NCBI GenBank assembly: GCA_043228905.1
Contig: JBHGNT010000016.1
Location: 12,710,001-12,774,000 of the forward strand
Origin: Azolla caroliniana
Lineage: Eukaryota > Plantae > Polypodiophyta
DNA: 64,000 nucleotides
Direction: 5' to 3'
Shown: positions 12,620-24,200 of the stretch, one piece after another
Layout: the number at the start of each line of letters is the position of its first letter
Position numbering within the stretch: the first letter of the stretch is position 1
Notes under the pieces: generated by a model
The model's input: only the letters and a program-made list of their open reading frames with translations
Told to the model about the DNA's origin: nothing
Databases searched by the model: none
Program-made: the position numbers and the translations under genes

Positions 12620-13126
12620 AATATGTCTTCATGTTCCCGACTCCGGACTTCCTTCTTCTTCGTCAAGCTTCTCCTTCTTCTTCTTCTTCTTCTCTGTCTA
12701 CTACTCCTTTCTTTCCCTAAACCAGGGTCTTTATCAAATACCCCATCTTTTGCATCTTCTTCTTCGCCATCTGAGTCTTCTGCGGATTCGCGATCTCTCA
12801 CAAATTTCCATTTGACGAGCTTTTTGGAGATGATGCACTGTGCTTTGGGAGTGTTACCACCGATGTGGCGATAAAACTTGGCGGTCTGCTTGGCGGCACC
12901 TGTAGTGACAACAGGAGTGTGAGAGCATTTGAGTGATAGAGGTAAGGCTTAGATCTGCCATTAGTGATGGCAATGGTGAAGCATTCTGTGTAGTGGAGGG
13001 GGGATAAAAAGCAACGGAGGAGGGCGAGGTTTTAGAGAGCTTGGTGGGTGTAGAGGGATTGGAGGATGAGTCATCTTCGCTGTCTGATACGGATAAGGTC
13101 CCTTCTTAGCTGTTGGAAGCTCCCAT
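12620..13126 (-). pseudogene. Captured 5' fragment of a CYPRO4/DEM (VID27-like) gene
   Basis: MGASNS*EGTLSVSDSEDD...KFYRHIGGNTPKAQCIISKKL; resembles the recalled DEM/CYPRO4 motif KLYLHIGGNTPKAKW. Confidence 0.75.
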
Positions 13127-13789
13127 GGAGGATTATGGTGAGGAGCAAGCTCAGTAGGTAGGAAGGTAGACAGTAGAGAGCTGCAGGCGGAGAGACAGAG
13201 AGTTGGATAGAATCAAAAACATACATAGAGAGATCTGCAGATACGTAGAGTTGAGATTATACTCACAGAAAATATACAGAGAAATGCTCAGGCAAAATAC
13301 ACATAGAGAGAGAGAGAGGGACTTCCTCTCAAGCGAGGAAATGAAGAGTTAGGGGAGAGAGAGGGAGGGAGGGAGGGAGGGAGAGAGTGACCTCTTCTCA
13401 AGGGAGGTCGGCCGTTCAGGCGTGCCAAAAATGTTGTTGGGGTGGGGGGTGAAGCCTTCTCCAGAGGGGGTTAAGTTAGAGAGAGAGCGTGAGAAAAGGA
13501 CAAATAGAAAATGACACCAAATGAGAGGGGAAATATCTCTATCCATTATGAGCCCCATAAGGGCTTTTTATAGTACATAATGTAACGATAAATAATGACC
13601 GTTACAAAAAGATGACCGTAACACTCTTGTCACATGCACATAATTGTGCATGTGCTCACACATACTCATCCTCACACACTCGTATATATATTACATATTA
13701 CACACCACACCATACACATTACATCCTATTCATCTCGTACACCTATATGGATAACACCTAGCACGTACACCGTGCCGTGTTGTAAAATC

Positions 13790-15050
13790 GTGCCGAGCTC
13801 ATAGGCTTCAGCGGGTAGGTCCCTGAAGGTCAACACTTCTTCTTCCGAGACACAAGACACTTGTCCCTTCTCCGCATTCCTTGTCAAGGACAGAGCCTTG
13901 TCCTAGATCACGACGGTTTTCTCTAGAGCGATGACTAATTGAAGATTCGCAACCGAGGAGCCCCCTTGATGTTGCTCTTCACAACATCGTTAGAATTGAC
14001 AACGTTTCTTTGCGGGGCATAGTTGGGAGGATGTCTTTGTTGCATCCACGGAATCGTCTCGGAGCAATTTAGGCCACCACATGGATGGCTGCCTGTTGTT
14101 GTTCGTGGTTGGCAAGTTCTCCTCTCATCAGTCCTGTCGCGGGCTGGCCGATTTGAGGTTGGGCTTTTCCATTGGGGCAGTTGTGTTGGGCTTTTCGCAC
14201 CTCCTTATGGTGATGTCATACTCTAATGGTTGGGCTTGGTGTCCGCGGTCGGAGTCCAGATAGGCATATCATCCTACCATTCCTCCCAAGCTAACTATAA
14301 AGCTCGTTGACGCTTTGCCTGGGTAGGTGGGCGGGGCGGGATGGCGAGGTTTCGGTGGGGAGCAGTGGTGGAATGGGGACGTCTTTGTTGCGTCCATGGA
14401 ATTGTCTTAGAGCCATTTAGGCCACGCCACGGATGACTGTCTATTTTCGTTCATGGTTGGCCGATTCTCCTCCCGGCGGTCCTATCGCGGGCAGGACGAT
14501 TTGAGCTTGGGCTTTTCCACCGGGGTAGTTGTCTTGGGATTTTTGTGCCCCCTATTCGTGATGTCGTCCTCTGGTGGCTGGGCCTTGGTGTCGGCGGTCA
14601 ACCCTAGCAAGGTCGGAGTTTGGATAGGCATATCATCCTGCCATTCCTCCTGAGCCAATTGTAAAGCTCATTGATGCACTTCCTGGGTGGGTGGGTGGGG
14701 CGGGGTTTTGGTGAGGAGCGGTCGTGGAATGGGGAGGTAGAGCATAGATAGGTAATGTTCTAAAGTAGGCAAGAGCCGTTTCCCTGCTTGGAAGGCCGAC
14801 AAGCCGGCGTGAACGCCGTCCCTGATGATAATGCCCCAGTCAACTGCACCGTCTCTATAGGCGGTGATGATGACACCTACTTTTTTCTTCGGCATATTGT
14901 ATGCGTTAACGTGTACGCAACAGAACTCCAAGAGGAATTTGGCCAAATCACCAAAGAACTCGTTAGGTGTGTTGTTGAGATACAAGCTCAACATTGGGTG
15001 CGTAAACTAGTGCGTAAACCGGGTGTGCAACAAGAGGCCGTAGCGGTGCG
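13790..15050 (-). pseudogene. Remnant of an extra ORF homologous to the 989-aa ORF3
   Basis: MPKKKVGVIITAYRDGAVDWGIIIRDG aligns by eye with MPKNRARMIIATYEGIKVDWPVLIADG; internal direct repeat about 14030-14330 / 14380-14700. Confidence 0.65.
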
Positions 15051-15051
15051 T

Positions 15052-18000
15052 TGTCGTGCCTTTCGGCTCCGGATCGTTGCGTGAGTCGGGTGGGAACCAC
15101 TGGGGTTTTGGACTAGGAGAAAGAAGAATATGAGATGAGGCTAGTAATGAATAGATTATTAGAAAGAGAGATAGAAATTTCGTGAATCCCACGAGTGTAT
15201 TGTATTCGATTAATCAATATTTAGATAAGAATATGTATTTAGATTGAAAGAAAGATATAAGAAACTTGTGAATCCCACAAGTATAGATTATATTATTTTC
15301 GTGAATCCCACGATTATATTAATCGGTTGGTGTTTTCGGAAATATATCCAATTTCCAAATATTTCACACACCTATTACATTGTGCTCCCCATCCTTATAT
15401 AGTGATGGGAGAGACTAAGCATAGCTACATGCTTTTTTCTAATATGTTCATGCACATTAAATGTGCATGTGATGCTTTTCTAATCCTTGCTTTTATTTGC
15501 TAAATATAGTGCTCATGCACGCTAGATGTGCATGAGTCACTTTTTAGTTGCTTGCGTTTTTCTATAAAATATTCACGCACTCTAAAAATACATGATTTAC
15601 CTTTTAATAAAGGTAGGCGCAAATAAAGCAGTTATAGTTATTAAATCTATTTGTAGAACACTAAAGATAAGGTAGCATAATGGTAAAGTTGAGGTTTGGC
15701 TACGTGGAGGTACAAGGTTTGAATCTTGCCCTATGCACGTGATAAATATCTTGATATTCTTATTTTATTTATTTATATGTAATTAAATCGGTTATATTAT
15801 TTTTACTTTTTCACGTAGTGTACGAAATACACTACGACACTCGCCCCCTCCGAACCTGCACATCCTCCGGTATGTGCCGAAGTTGCCGATGCTCGTTGTC
15901 TCCCCTTCATCGTCCGTTTGTCCCGCTATGTCAACTTTGTCTCTCCATTTTGAGTAGACCCATTCTTTCCACCCGAACCATTGTCGCCATCCGATCCACC
16001 ATATTATTTGTTCTCTCTCGTCATATTCTTGGCCCTTGTCATTCGTGGTAGTGTCTTTTACTGGCCTCTTTCTTGTCTTCATCAACCTTGATTTTTTTCC
16101 GGATCGCTCTCGTCCGATCGACTTTCGGTTTGATCGGCTTCCGATCGGATTCGTATTCGGTCGAATCAGAATCGGTTGTTCGGTTTCGATTGAGTCGGTC
16201 TCCTTCCGGCCCGGTTTCAATCTATCGGTTTCGGTTTCGGTTGGCTTTCTTTTCCTCGTTTTCACCAGCCTCGACCGGTCCAACCTCCGATTGAGTCGGA
16301 TTAGCTTCTTTCCGGATCGGTCTCGTCCGATCGGCTTTCGGCTAGGTCGGCTTCCATCCATATTCGCGTTCGGCCAAGTCAGACTCGGTCGATCGGTTTT
16401 GACCGAGTCGACCCCTTTTCGGGTCGGCTTTCTTTCGGGTCGTCTTTCGGTCGAATCCTCATTCACCCGGTTCAGCTTTCGTTTGTGTCGTCTTTCGGCC
16501 GAATTCTCTTCCTTTCGGTTCGGCTTTCTTTCGGGTCGACTTTCGGTCGAATCCTCTTTTACCCGGTTCGGCTTTCTTTCGGATCGGAATCCCATCCGGA
16601 TCACCTTCCATCCGAACCGGCTTCCGACTTTACCTTTCTTGCTGCCACCTCCCGTCTCTCCGGTCTCACGTTGGTTCTCGGACACAACCGCCGGAGTCTC
16701 TAGAATTAGTGGGTAGGAATCCTCGGTATTATCATCCTCCGTTGTTTCACCCATAGCCATATTCTTGGCTATCTCTCCGTCATACGCATCGGCTTTGACC
16801 TTTGTTTTCTCTCCGCCACCTTCCGTCTCTTCGGTCTCACGTTGCCTTTCAAACGCAACCGCCGGAGTCTCTGGAATCAGTGGTGGGGAAGTCTTGATAT
16901 GGCCATCCGTCGTTGATTCGTCCATAGCCACCTTTGATTCGATGTCATCTTTCGTGGCGACCTCCTCAATCATGTCCTCCTTGCTCTCTTTCATTGCATC
17001 AATTTTGCTTACCCCTTTTTCACCCGATGTTTCGGACACTTGTATTTTGAAATCTTCTTCTACACTTGGGTTATCGGCCTTATCCTTCGTCGTTGTTCTT
17101 TCGCAAGACAAGAGGGTAGCTTGTTTTACACCCTCTTCTGTCGCACCATCATGTTGTATTTCGGCCTTCATATCGGCTCCATCGTTTGTCTTCAATCGAC
17201 CATCCTTCATCGGCCATGTCATTGAAAAGATTCTCATCTTCCTCTCATCATGTCTCCGGCATACCCTTTGGACTTCGGCCCAATCTTCAGTAAGACCATT
17301 CGTACCGTCATCGTCTTCGAGTTCAATCCCGATGTCCTTCCTTTCTTTTCGATCGATCGATTTTACGAACATTAGGACTTTATCTTCTCCCACCAATCGT
17401 TGTTCCCGCTCCGAGAGTCGAGCAAAACGATGCTCGAACTCTAGGAATGCTTGTGTTGCACTTCGGTGGGTCTTCTCCGATGCCACCCATTCGTCGAATT
17501 CTCGCCGATCTTGTCCCTTCGATCTCTTGTAATCATATGACTCTCGTAAAGCTTCTTCGAATGATCCCCATGTCGAGTTTTGTTGCCGTATCTTGTAGAT
17601 TCTTTCTTGTAACTCATCCGTGGCTACCCGACTGAAGGATATCACTTGCAATCCTTCCGGTATCCCACATCGTATCATCTCCGCCTTGTAGTCACGTAGA
17701 TAGCGTGACACATCGTTTCCGTTGAATTGTCCGTTTCGTTGTACGAGCCGCTTTACTGCCCCCGTGATCTCCGACATCACTCGTTGTTCTTGTAGCATCC
17801 GCTCGAACATCATCATCATTGTTATACTCATTGCCTCTTGTCGATTCTCCATCTCCTTGCCACCCGCCTTCACGTCGGGTTCACCAACTGTGTCGTGCCT
17901 TTCGGCTCCGGATCGTTGCGTGAGTCGGGTGGGAACCACTGGGGTTTTGGACTAGGAGAAAGAAGAATATGAGATGAGGCTAGTAATGAATAGATTATTA

Positions 18001-18678
18001 GAAAGAGAGATAGAAATTTCGTGAATCCCACGAGTGTATTGTATTCGATTAATCAATATTTAGATAAGAATATGTATTTAGATTGAAAGAAAGATATAAG
18101 AAACTTGTGAATCCCACAAGTATAAATTATATTATTTTCGTGAATCCCACGATTATATTAATCGGTTGGTGTTTTCGGAAATATATCCAATTTCCAAATA
18201 TTTCACACACCTATTACATTGTGCTCCCCATCCTTATATAGTGATGGGAGAGACTAAGCATAGCTACATCCTTTTTTCTAATATGTTCATGCACATTAAA
18301 TGTGCATGTGATGCTTTTCTAATCCTTGCTTTTATTTGCTAAATATAGTGCTCATGCACGCTAGATGTGCATGAGTCACTTTTTAGTTGCTTGCGTTTTT
18401 CTATAAAATATTCACGCACTCTAAAAATACATGATTTACCTTTTAATAAAGGTAGGCGCAAATAAAGCAGTTATAGTTATTAAATATATTTGTAGAACAC
18501 TAAAGATAAGGTAGCATAATGGTAAAGTTGAGGTTTGGCTACGTGGAGGTACAAGGTTTGAATCTTGCCCTATGCACGTGATAAATATCTTGATATTCTT
18601 ATTTTATTTATTTATATGTAATTAAATCGGTTATATTATTTTTACTTTTTCACGTAGTGTACGAAATACACTACGACA
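15052..18678 (-). mobile_element. Young gag-only (TR-GAG-like) non-autonomous LTR retrotransposon
   Basis: 788-bp near-identical LTRs 15052-15839 and 17891-18678; TSD GCGT; Trp PBS 17869-17886; PPT about 15840-15851; no pol. Confidence 0.93.
15792..17939 (-). CDS. gag: Gag-like protein with repetitive acidic and basic C-terminal extension (probable start near 17852, MENRQE)
   Basis: 715-aa uninterrupted ORF; QRNGQFNGNDVSRYLRDYKAEM matches family B gag; repeats STE(S/R)RPERKP and ETPAVxxExQRET. Confidence 0.8.
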   Translation of the reverse strand: MVPTRLTQRSGAERHDTVGEPDVKAGGKEMENRQEAMSITMMMMFERMLQEQRVMSEITGAVKRLVQRNGQFNGNDVSRYLRDYKAEMIRCGIPEGLQVISFSRVATDELQERIYKIRQQNSTWGSFEEALRESYDYKRSKGQDRREFDEWVASEKTHRSATQAFLEFEHRFARLSEREQRLVGEDKVLMFVKSIDRKERKDIGIELEDDDGTNGLTEDWAEVQRVCRRHDERKMRIFSMTWPMKDGRLKTNDGADMKAEIQHDGATEEGVKQATLLSCERTTTKDKADNPSVEEDFKIQVSETSGEKGVSKIDAMKESKEDMIEEVATKDDIESKVAMDESTTDGHIKTSPPLIPETPAVAFERQRETEETEGGGEKTKVKADAYDGEIAKNMAMGETTEDDNTEDSYPLILETPAVVSENQRETGETGGGSKKGKVGSRFGWKVIRMGFRSERKPNRVKEDSTESRPERKPNRKEENSAERRHKRKLNRVNEDSTERRPERKPTRKGVDSVKTDRPSLTWPNANMDGSRPSRKPIGRDRSGKKLIRLNRRLDRSRLVKTRKRKPTETETDRLKPGRKETDSIETEQPILIRPNTNPIGSRSNRKSIGRERSGKKSRLMKTRKRPVKDTTTNDKGQEYDEREQIIWWIGWRQWFGWKEWVYSKWRDKVDIAGQTDDEGETTSIGNFGTYRRMCRFGGGECRSVFRTLREKVKII

Positions 18679-20279
18679 GCGTAAACAGGGAGGCCGTTGG
18701 ATAGATATTCCGCGGAGGAATATATTTTGGGAGTTAGTGTAGGGGCTCATTAATGAGCATTGAAGTATGAGTAAGTACTTCTAGCAATGTGTATGGACTT
18801 GTATAAAAGTGGTCTCTGAGCACATCCTATGTACAAAGTTTTAGAGTATTGTTTTGGAATAGAGTTTTCTGTCTTCTGCTCTCTCTGTCTCTCCCGCGTA
18901 TGCGGTGTTGATGAAGCTTTCCATTAAACCTTATTGTCTCTTGTCTTTTGTCTATTGTTACAAGGTTGTGTCTGTTAAGCTTCCGTACGTATTCTTTTAT
19001 ATGGTATCAGAGTGCAAGGGTCGAGATCCTTTGTTGCCAACAAACAGACAAACCCTAATCACGGTGAAGAATAGAAGAAGGAAAGAAAGAATGGACACAA
19101 GAATGCCTAGCTCTCTTCCAATGGAGAAGCTCAATAGAAGCAACTACGCATCTTGGTCGTACAAGATGCACTAGTACCTAGTCGGGCATGGCTACTGGAG
19201 TTATGTCAATGGAGCTAATGACGTAGCACCCGAATCGACACATAGAGATTTCCGAGCCTGGGAACAAGCGGCAAGTAGAGTCCTCTACTGCTTCGCATCT
19301 TGTGTGAGCGATCAACTTCTGAGCTACATTCGGGATGCAAGGACGCCGAAGGATTCTTGGGGAAATTTGAAAAAGATTTTCGCTGCAAGCACCACCGCTA
19401 GAAAGCTCCAACTTAGGCAAGAGTTGAGCAATGTTCGACAACGAGATATGTCGGTGGCTGATTATACCTCCAAGATATAGGAAATTTGTGACTCTCTCGC
19501 CTCCGTTGTCGTGATGTTTCTAACACAAATTGTGAAACCACCCTCGAAAAGAAGCAAAATAATAGTTCAAATAAACTAGTATTGTGAAGTCAACTTTATT
19601 GGTAGCAAAAATACTTTTTCATTTGCCAAAGATAATTCTTTATAAACAAAAGGTCAAAGGATTGAATCTTACTATAAATAATAATGAATACTAAGGTAGA
19701 GGCGGTTTTCAAAAGTAGAGAAAAGTAGAGAAAAAGATGGGGAGAGAGAAAAAGAAGAAGAAGCACGCGTGGATATGAGGAGCATAGTATAGAAAAAAGC
19801 TCATAATTTATTCGTCAGATGTCCAAATTAGAAACGAAAAGATGCATATGAAAGCTAACCAAAATATCTTTCCAAGAATATCTTGCATGTGAAATTTGGG
19901 GCTAGAAACCAAAAATAGTGAGGAAAATAAAAGTTGACTCATATAGACAAGGTTTGTTTTAGGGGAAAAAGGCAAGCAATCCTAAACCTATAAATAAGAG
20001 CCTATTCTAGTGAAGAAGTGGGGGAGGGAGAAGGAAGGCGGAAACTCTACTCAATTGGAAGGAAAAAGAAGAAGGATCAACAACATCGAGAGGCATCATC
20101 AACAAAGAATCACCTTCTTCTATATTCCACTCTCTTCTTTCCTCCACCTCTCTTCCCCCTTTATAAATTATCTCTCATATTCATATCAAACCCGTTGTAA
20201 AATTTGATTCTTATTTTATAAAAGAACCTATTATATTTCAATAAACTAATGTTTGGTTTCACCTACGTGTCTTATATGT

Positions 20280-20830
20280 TATCGTCGTTTGTGCTTATTT
20301 GTTTGTGTCTCTTGTGACAAGGGAGCGTTTCGGGCTTGCCCATGCACCTCTCCTTTCACAAAGGCATTCAAAATTACTTATCTTATATCTTATTGTCATT
20401 TGTGCTTATTTGTTTGTGTGTCTTGTGACAAGGGAGCGTTTCGGGCTTGCGCATGCACCTCTCCTTTCACAAAGGCATTCAAACTTATGTGTCTTGTATG
20501 TTATTGCCATTTGTGCTTATATGTTTGTGTGTCTTGTGACAAGGGAGCGTTTCGGGCTTGCCTATGAACCTCTCCTTTCACAAAGGCATTCAAACTTTCG
20601 TGTCTTGCATGTTAGTGTAAATCTTGCTTGTGTGTTCATGCGACTTGTGACAAGGGAGCGTTCGGGGTTGCCCATGCACCTCTCCTTTCACAAAGGCATT
20701 CGAAATTGTATCTCTCATGTGTAAACCTTGCTTGTGTGTTTGCGTGTCTTGTAACAAGGGAGTGTTCGGGCTTGCCCATGCACCTCTCTTTTCACAAAGG
20801 CATTCGAAACTTTGTCTCTCGTGTGTGTAA
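20280..20830. repeat. Tandem repeat of about 110 bp, 5 copies, with degenerate copies to about 21420
   Basis: Recurring TGTGACAAGGGAGCGTTTCGGGCTTGCCCATGCACCTCTCCTTTCACAAAGGCATTC. Confidence 0.9.
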
Positions 20831-20898
20831 GTAAGCATTTTCCTTGTGTGTCCGTGTGTAAGCCTTCCTCACGTGCATTCGTTCGCCTTGTGACTAGG

Positions 20899-21253
20899 TG
20901 TTGTTGGGGTGGGGGGTGAAACCTAGAATGGCTTCACCCCCCCTCCCAAGGGGATTATGGTAGAGAGAAAGAGAAGGAGAGTGAAAACAAGAAATGACAC
21001 AAGAATGAGGGTAAAAAAGCTATATCCATTACATGCCCCATAAGGGGTTTATATAATACATAATGTAATGGTAAATAATATGTCCGTTACGAAAAGAAAC
21101 CGTTACATTCTTGTCACATTCACATAATTGAGCACATTATGTGCATGTGCTCACACATACTCATCCTCACACTCATATACATTACACATACCGAACAACC
21201 CCTTTAACGTGTTTTACCCATATACGGCCCCGTACAACTCCTACGGGGTAACA
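20899..21253 (-). mobile_element. Solo LTR related to the 10077-13756 LTRs
   Basis: TGTTGTTGGGG...GTAACA; TSD CTAGG (20894-20898, 21254-21258). Confidence 0.9.
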
Positions 21254-24200
21254 CTAGGGGTTGATTCAGGCTTGCCCACACACCTCTCCTTTTCACAAAC
21301 ATGTTCGAATACTCGTTCCTTGTTTGTGTAAACCTTCCTCGCGTGCATTCGTTCGCCTTGTGACTAGGGGTTGATTCGGGCTTGCCCAGGCACCTCTCAT
21401 TTTCACAAAAATGTTCTAATACTGGTGCCTTTTTTGTGTAAGTCTTCCTTGTGTTGTGCGTTTGCGCCCTATTTCCTTCCCATCCACAACCCCAGCGGTT
21501 TCGCCTCACAATCTGCACATAGTGATAGATTTTCATGACACCGTCGATGTAAACGTCGAGGAGGACGAAATGGTGCAGTTCTACCTCAGAGGGTTAGCTT
21601 CGATGTTCGGAACTTTCCGAACTGCAGTCTATACGCCGTCATTTTTCGACTTACAGTCGATGCTCCTAATAAAGGAGAACCACGCGGGTGCGTCAACAAG
21701 TACGCACGCCAACAACAAGATGTTGTACACGGAGGAAGATAGGCCCCGTTGTCGAGGATATCCTCGTGGATGCATAGAAGTTGGGCAGGACCGTGGGGGT
21801 CTTGAACCAAGGAATCAAGAGATGAGGAGGAAGAGTCTGTGGTTTACGTGAGCCCTGAGACCGTGGTTTAAACAGAGAAGGTTAGCGGAAAAAGAGAGAT
21901 AGTGTGAGAGGATCGTGTGTAGACGCAGGCGCGGACAGAGATGCTAAGAGCTAGCGTTCGGCAGATAAGTTTCTATTAATCAATATATGCGTGTAGCGTT
22001 GGGGGTGATAACAACCGGATCAGTGTCGGAGGTTGGGCTTAGGCTCTATAGTAGTCAAATACAAAGTGGAGTAGGCACAAAAAAGGTCGATTCCTGGTCG
22101 GGAGCACTCAAGCGTCTGATGCGAGCAGGGGAAGCGCCTTCTAGTGATCTCTCGTAGGACTCCTTGTTTGGTCTTTTTCTTTGTTCCTTTCTTTCCCTCT
22201 CGATTACTTCCACCCCAAAAATGATATCCCTCAAACAGTCAAAGGTCGCCCCTTTTATAGTACAAGGAGCGACCATTACAAGGCATTCTTGACTTGTCGC
22301 TTTCCCTTCCTAGATTCTCCCCCCTGATTCGCTCTCCTCGTAACTCTCCCTACTTACGTGATGTCTGAATCCCTATTAGTGCCTTAACTACCTAGTAAAC
22401 ATCCTTCTACCTATGCCTAGCACTTACACTATTTAATTACCTAGGGGTGTGCACTCGTGCACACTAGTGCTCCCGTGTGTTTCACCTTGTTTCTACCTAT
22501 GGCCCGGAATCTTCACGACATCCACCCCCACTAAACCGCACATACTCCGTTATATGCCGGGCAACGATAGTGAGGGAGTCCGGGCCATATGCTACTCATC
22601 CTCCCCTTTTGAATTGGCGCTTTTGGCTCTTGGTCCAGTTCCGTCTCGTTCCGCTTCCCGGCTACCAGAGTCGTTATTCGGGTCCCGTCGAGCTCCGCGA
22701 GATGATATGTCGTGTTATCGTTGACGCTAATTACCACGTATTGCCTGAACCATCACTTCGCGAAATTATGCGTAGACCAATGCTGGTTGTTGAGGCTGTT
22801 GTCGTACACCAACATCCAATCACCATCCTCGATCTTCCTTGGCTAGAGCCGGTGTGTTCGGTCGAAACGGGCCTTGTTCCGGATTACCGCTTCCCTCACC
22901 CTCGCCGTGGCCGGCTCCACGTCTTCTGGCCTTCGCTCGAGCTACCGGATTCGGGCCGCTAGCAATTCTTCTCGGCTCATTTCGTTGACCCAATCGATTG
23001 CTGTCCACGAGGCAATCGTCCGCTCCATTGGCATGATGGGTTTCTGGCCAAACATTAGTTCCGTCGGCATGTACCCTATCACCGAAATGTGGGTAGTCCT
23101 GTTTTCCCATAGCGCGTAAGGGAGCAACCTCGGCCAGTTGCTGACTCGTCCTTCGCACGTGCGTACAATGGCTTTTACGATCGGACCGTGGTCTTGCTCA
23201 ATCTTTCCATTTTCCTTCGGGTTGTACGCCATCGTGAGGGATAACTTTACGGCTAACCGATCAAACAGTTTGTCGGCCTCTTCCGTGTCTAGCTCACCTC
23301 GGTCAGCCACGATTTTCCCCACGCACTCGTATTGGCATATGACATCTTCAATCAGAAACTTACATACTACTACGGTGGTCTTGTTCGTTAGTGCTCGGCC
23401 CTCTACCTGGTTCGTTAGGTCTTCTCTCGCCAACACCAGGTATCAATTTTGACCCTCTCCTATCAGCATTGTTACCAAGTCGACCATCCATTTGAAGTGC
23501 ATGGCCAGGGGGTATGTTGGGTGCAGCTCGTCGCGGTGTCGAACAACCGAGTGCATCTAGCAGCTTTCGCACGTGGACACAAAGTCGTGCACGCTCTTAT
23601 ATATATCCGGCCACCAATATTTCTCCTTTAACTTCTCGAATGTGGCACATGTACCCTGGAGTCCAGACCAAGGGCTTTCATGGAACTCCGATATTAACCT
23701 TTCTTGATGATCCGCCCGAGCTATTACTCAGAGTGGCGCGTTGTTTCGCCTTTTTGGGACTCTTTTTTGGAGTTGTCCCGCTTCCTCCCTAGTCATCGAG
23801 GCGTCCGCCGTCATTGTTTTTAGAAATCTTCTGATTAGAAGCCACTCTCCATCGTAGTCTTCTTCGTCGAATTCGTCCAGGGGCGGAGCGCTTCACCTTT
23901 TTATCCTCATCCTTGCTGATTCAAAGAAGTCCACACCGACTTCTTCGTTCTCTGATACCATGCCGTCCTCGTCCTCGAACCTTGCTCTGGAAAGCATATC
24001 GGCCATGGCGTTGTCTTTACCCGAGATTTGTTGTATCTCTGGGTTCAGGGACTTGATGAACGCAATCCACCTAAGCATGGCCAGGTCGGGAGTTGCGCAT
24101 CCGAAGACCATACCAAGGATCGGTAGACAGTCCATTTCTATGATCACTTCTGTCACGATTAGGTAGTCTTTGTCAACCTTAACCGCCGAAACGATACCCC

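Larger units (their letters stand above)
10077..13756 (-). mobile_element. Non-autonomous LTR element carrying captured host-gene fragments
   Basis: Direct repeats 10077-10396 (outer end truncated) and 13432-13756; PBS-like TGGCACGCC on - at 13427-13419; no gag or pol. Confidence 0.8.
19507..21540. mobile_element. Long solo LTR with internal tandem repeats
   Basis: TGTCGTGA...TCATGACA termini; TSD CCGT (19503-19506, 21541-21544); copia gag resumes after it. Confidence 0.85.

Noticed and set aside
16036-17532. Long + strand ORFs (226 and 255 aa) and similar antisense ORFs elsewhere, e.g. 46951-47775 and 56787-57548
   Set aside because: They are antisense shadows of gag or pol frames with no recognisable motifs
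20280-20830. CRISPR-like repeat array
   Set aside because: Intervening segments are homologous to each other, so it is a tandem repeat; eukaryotic context and no cas genes
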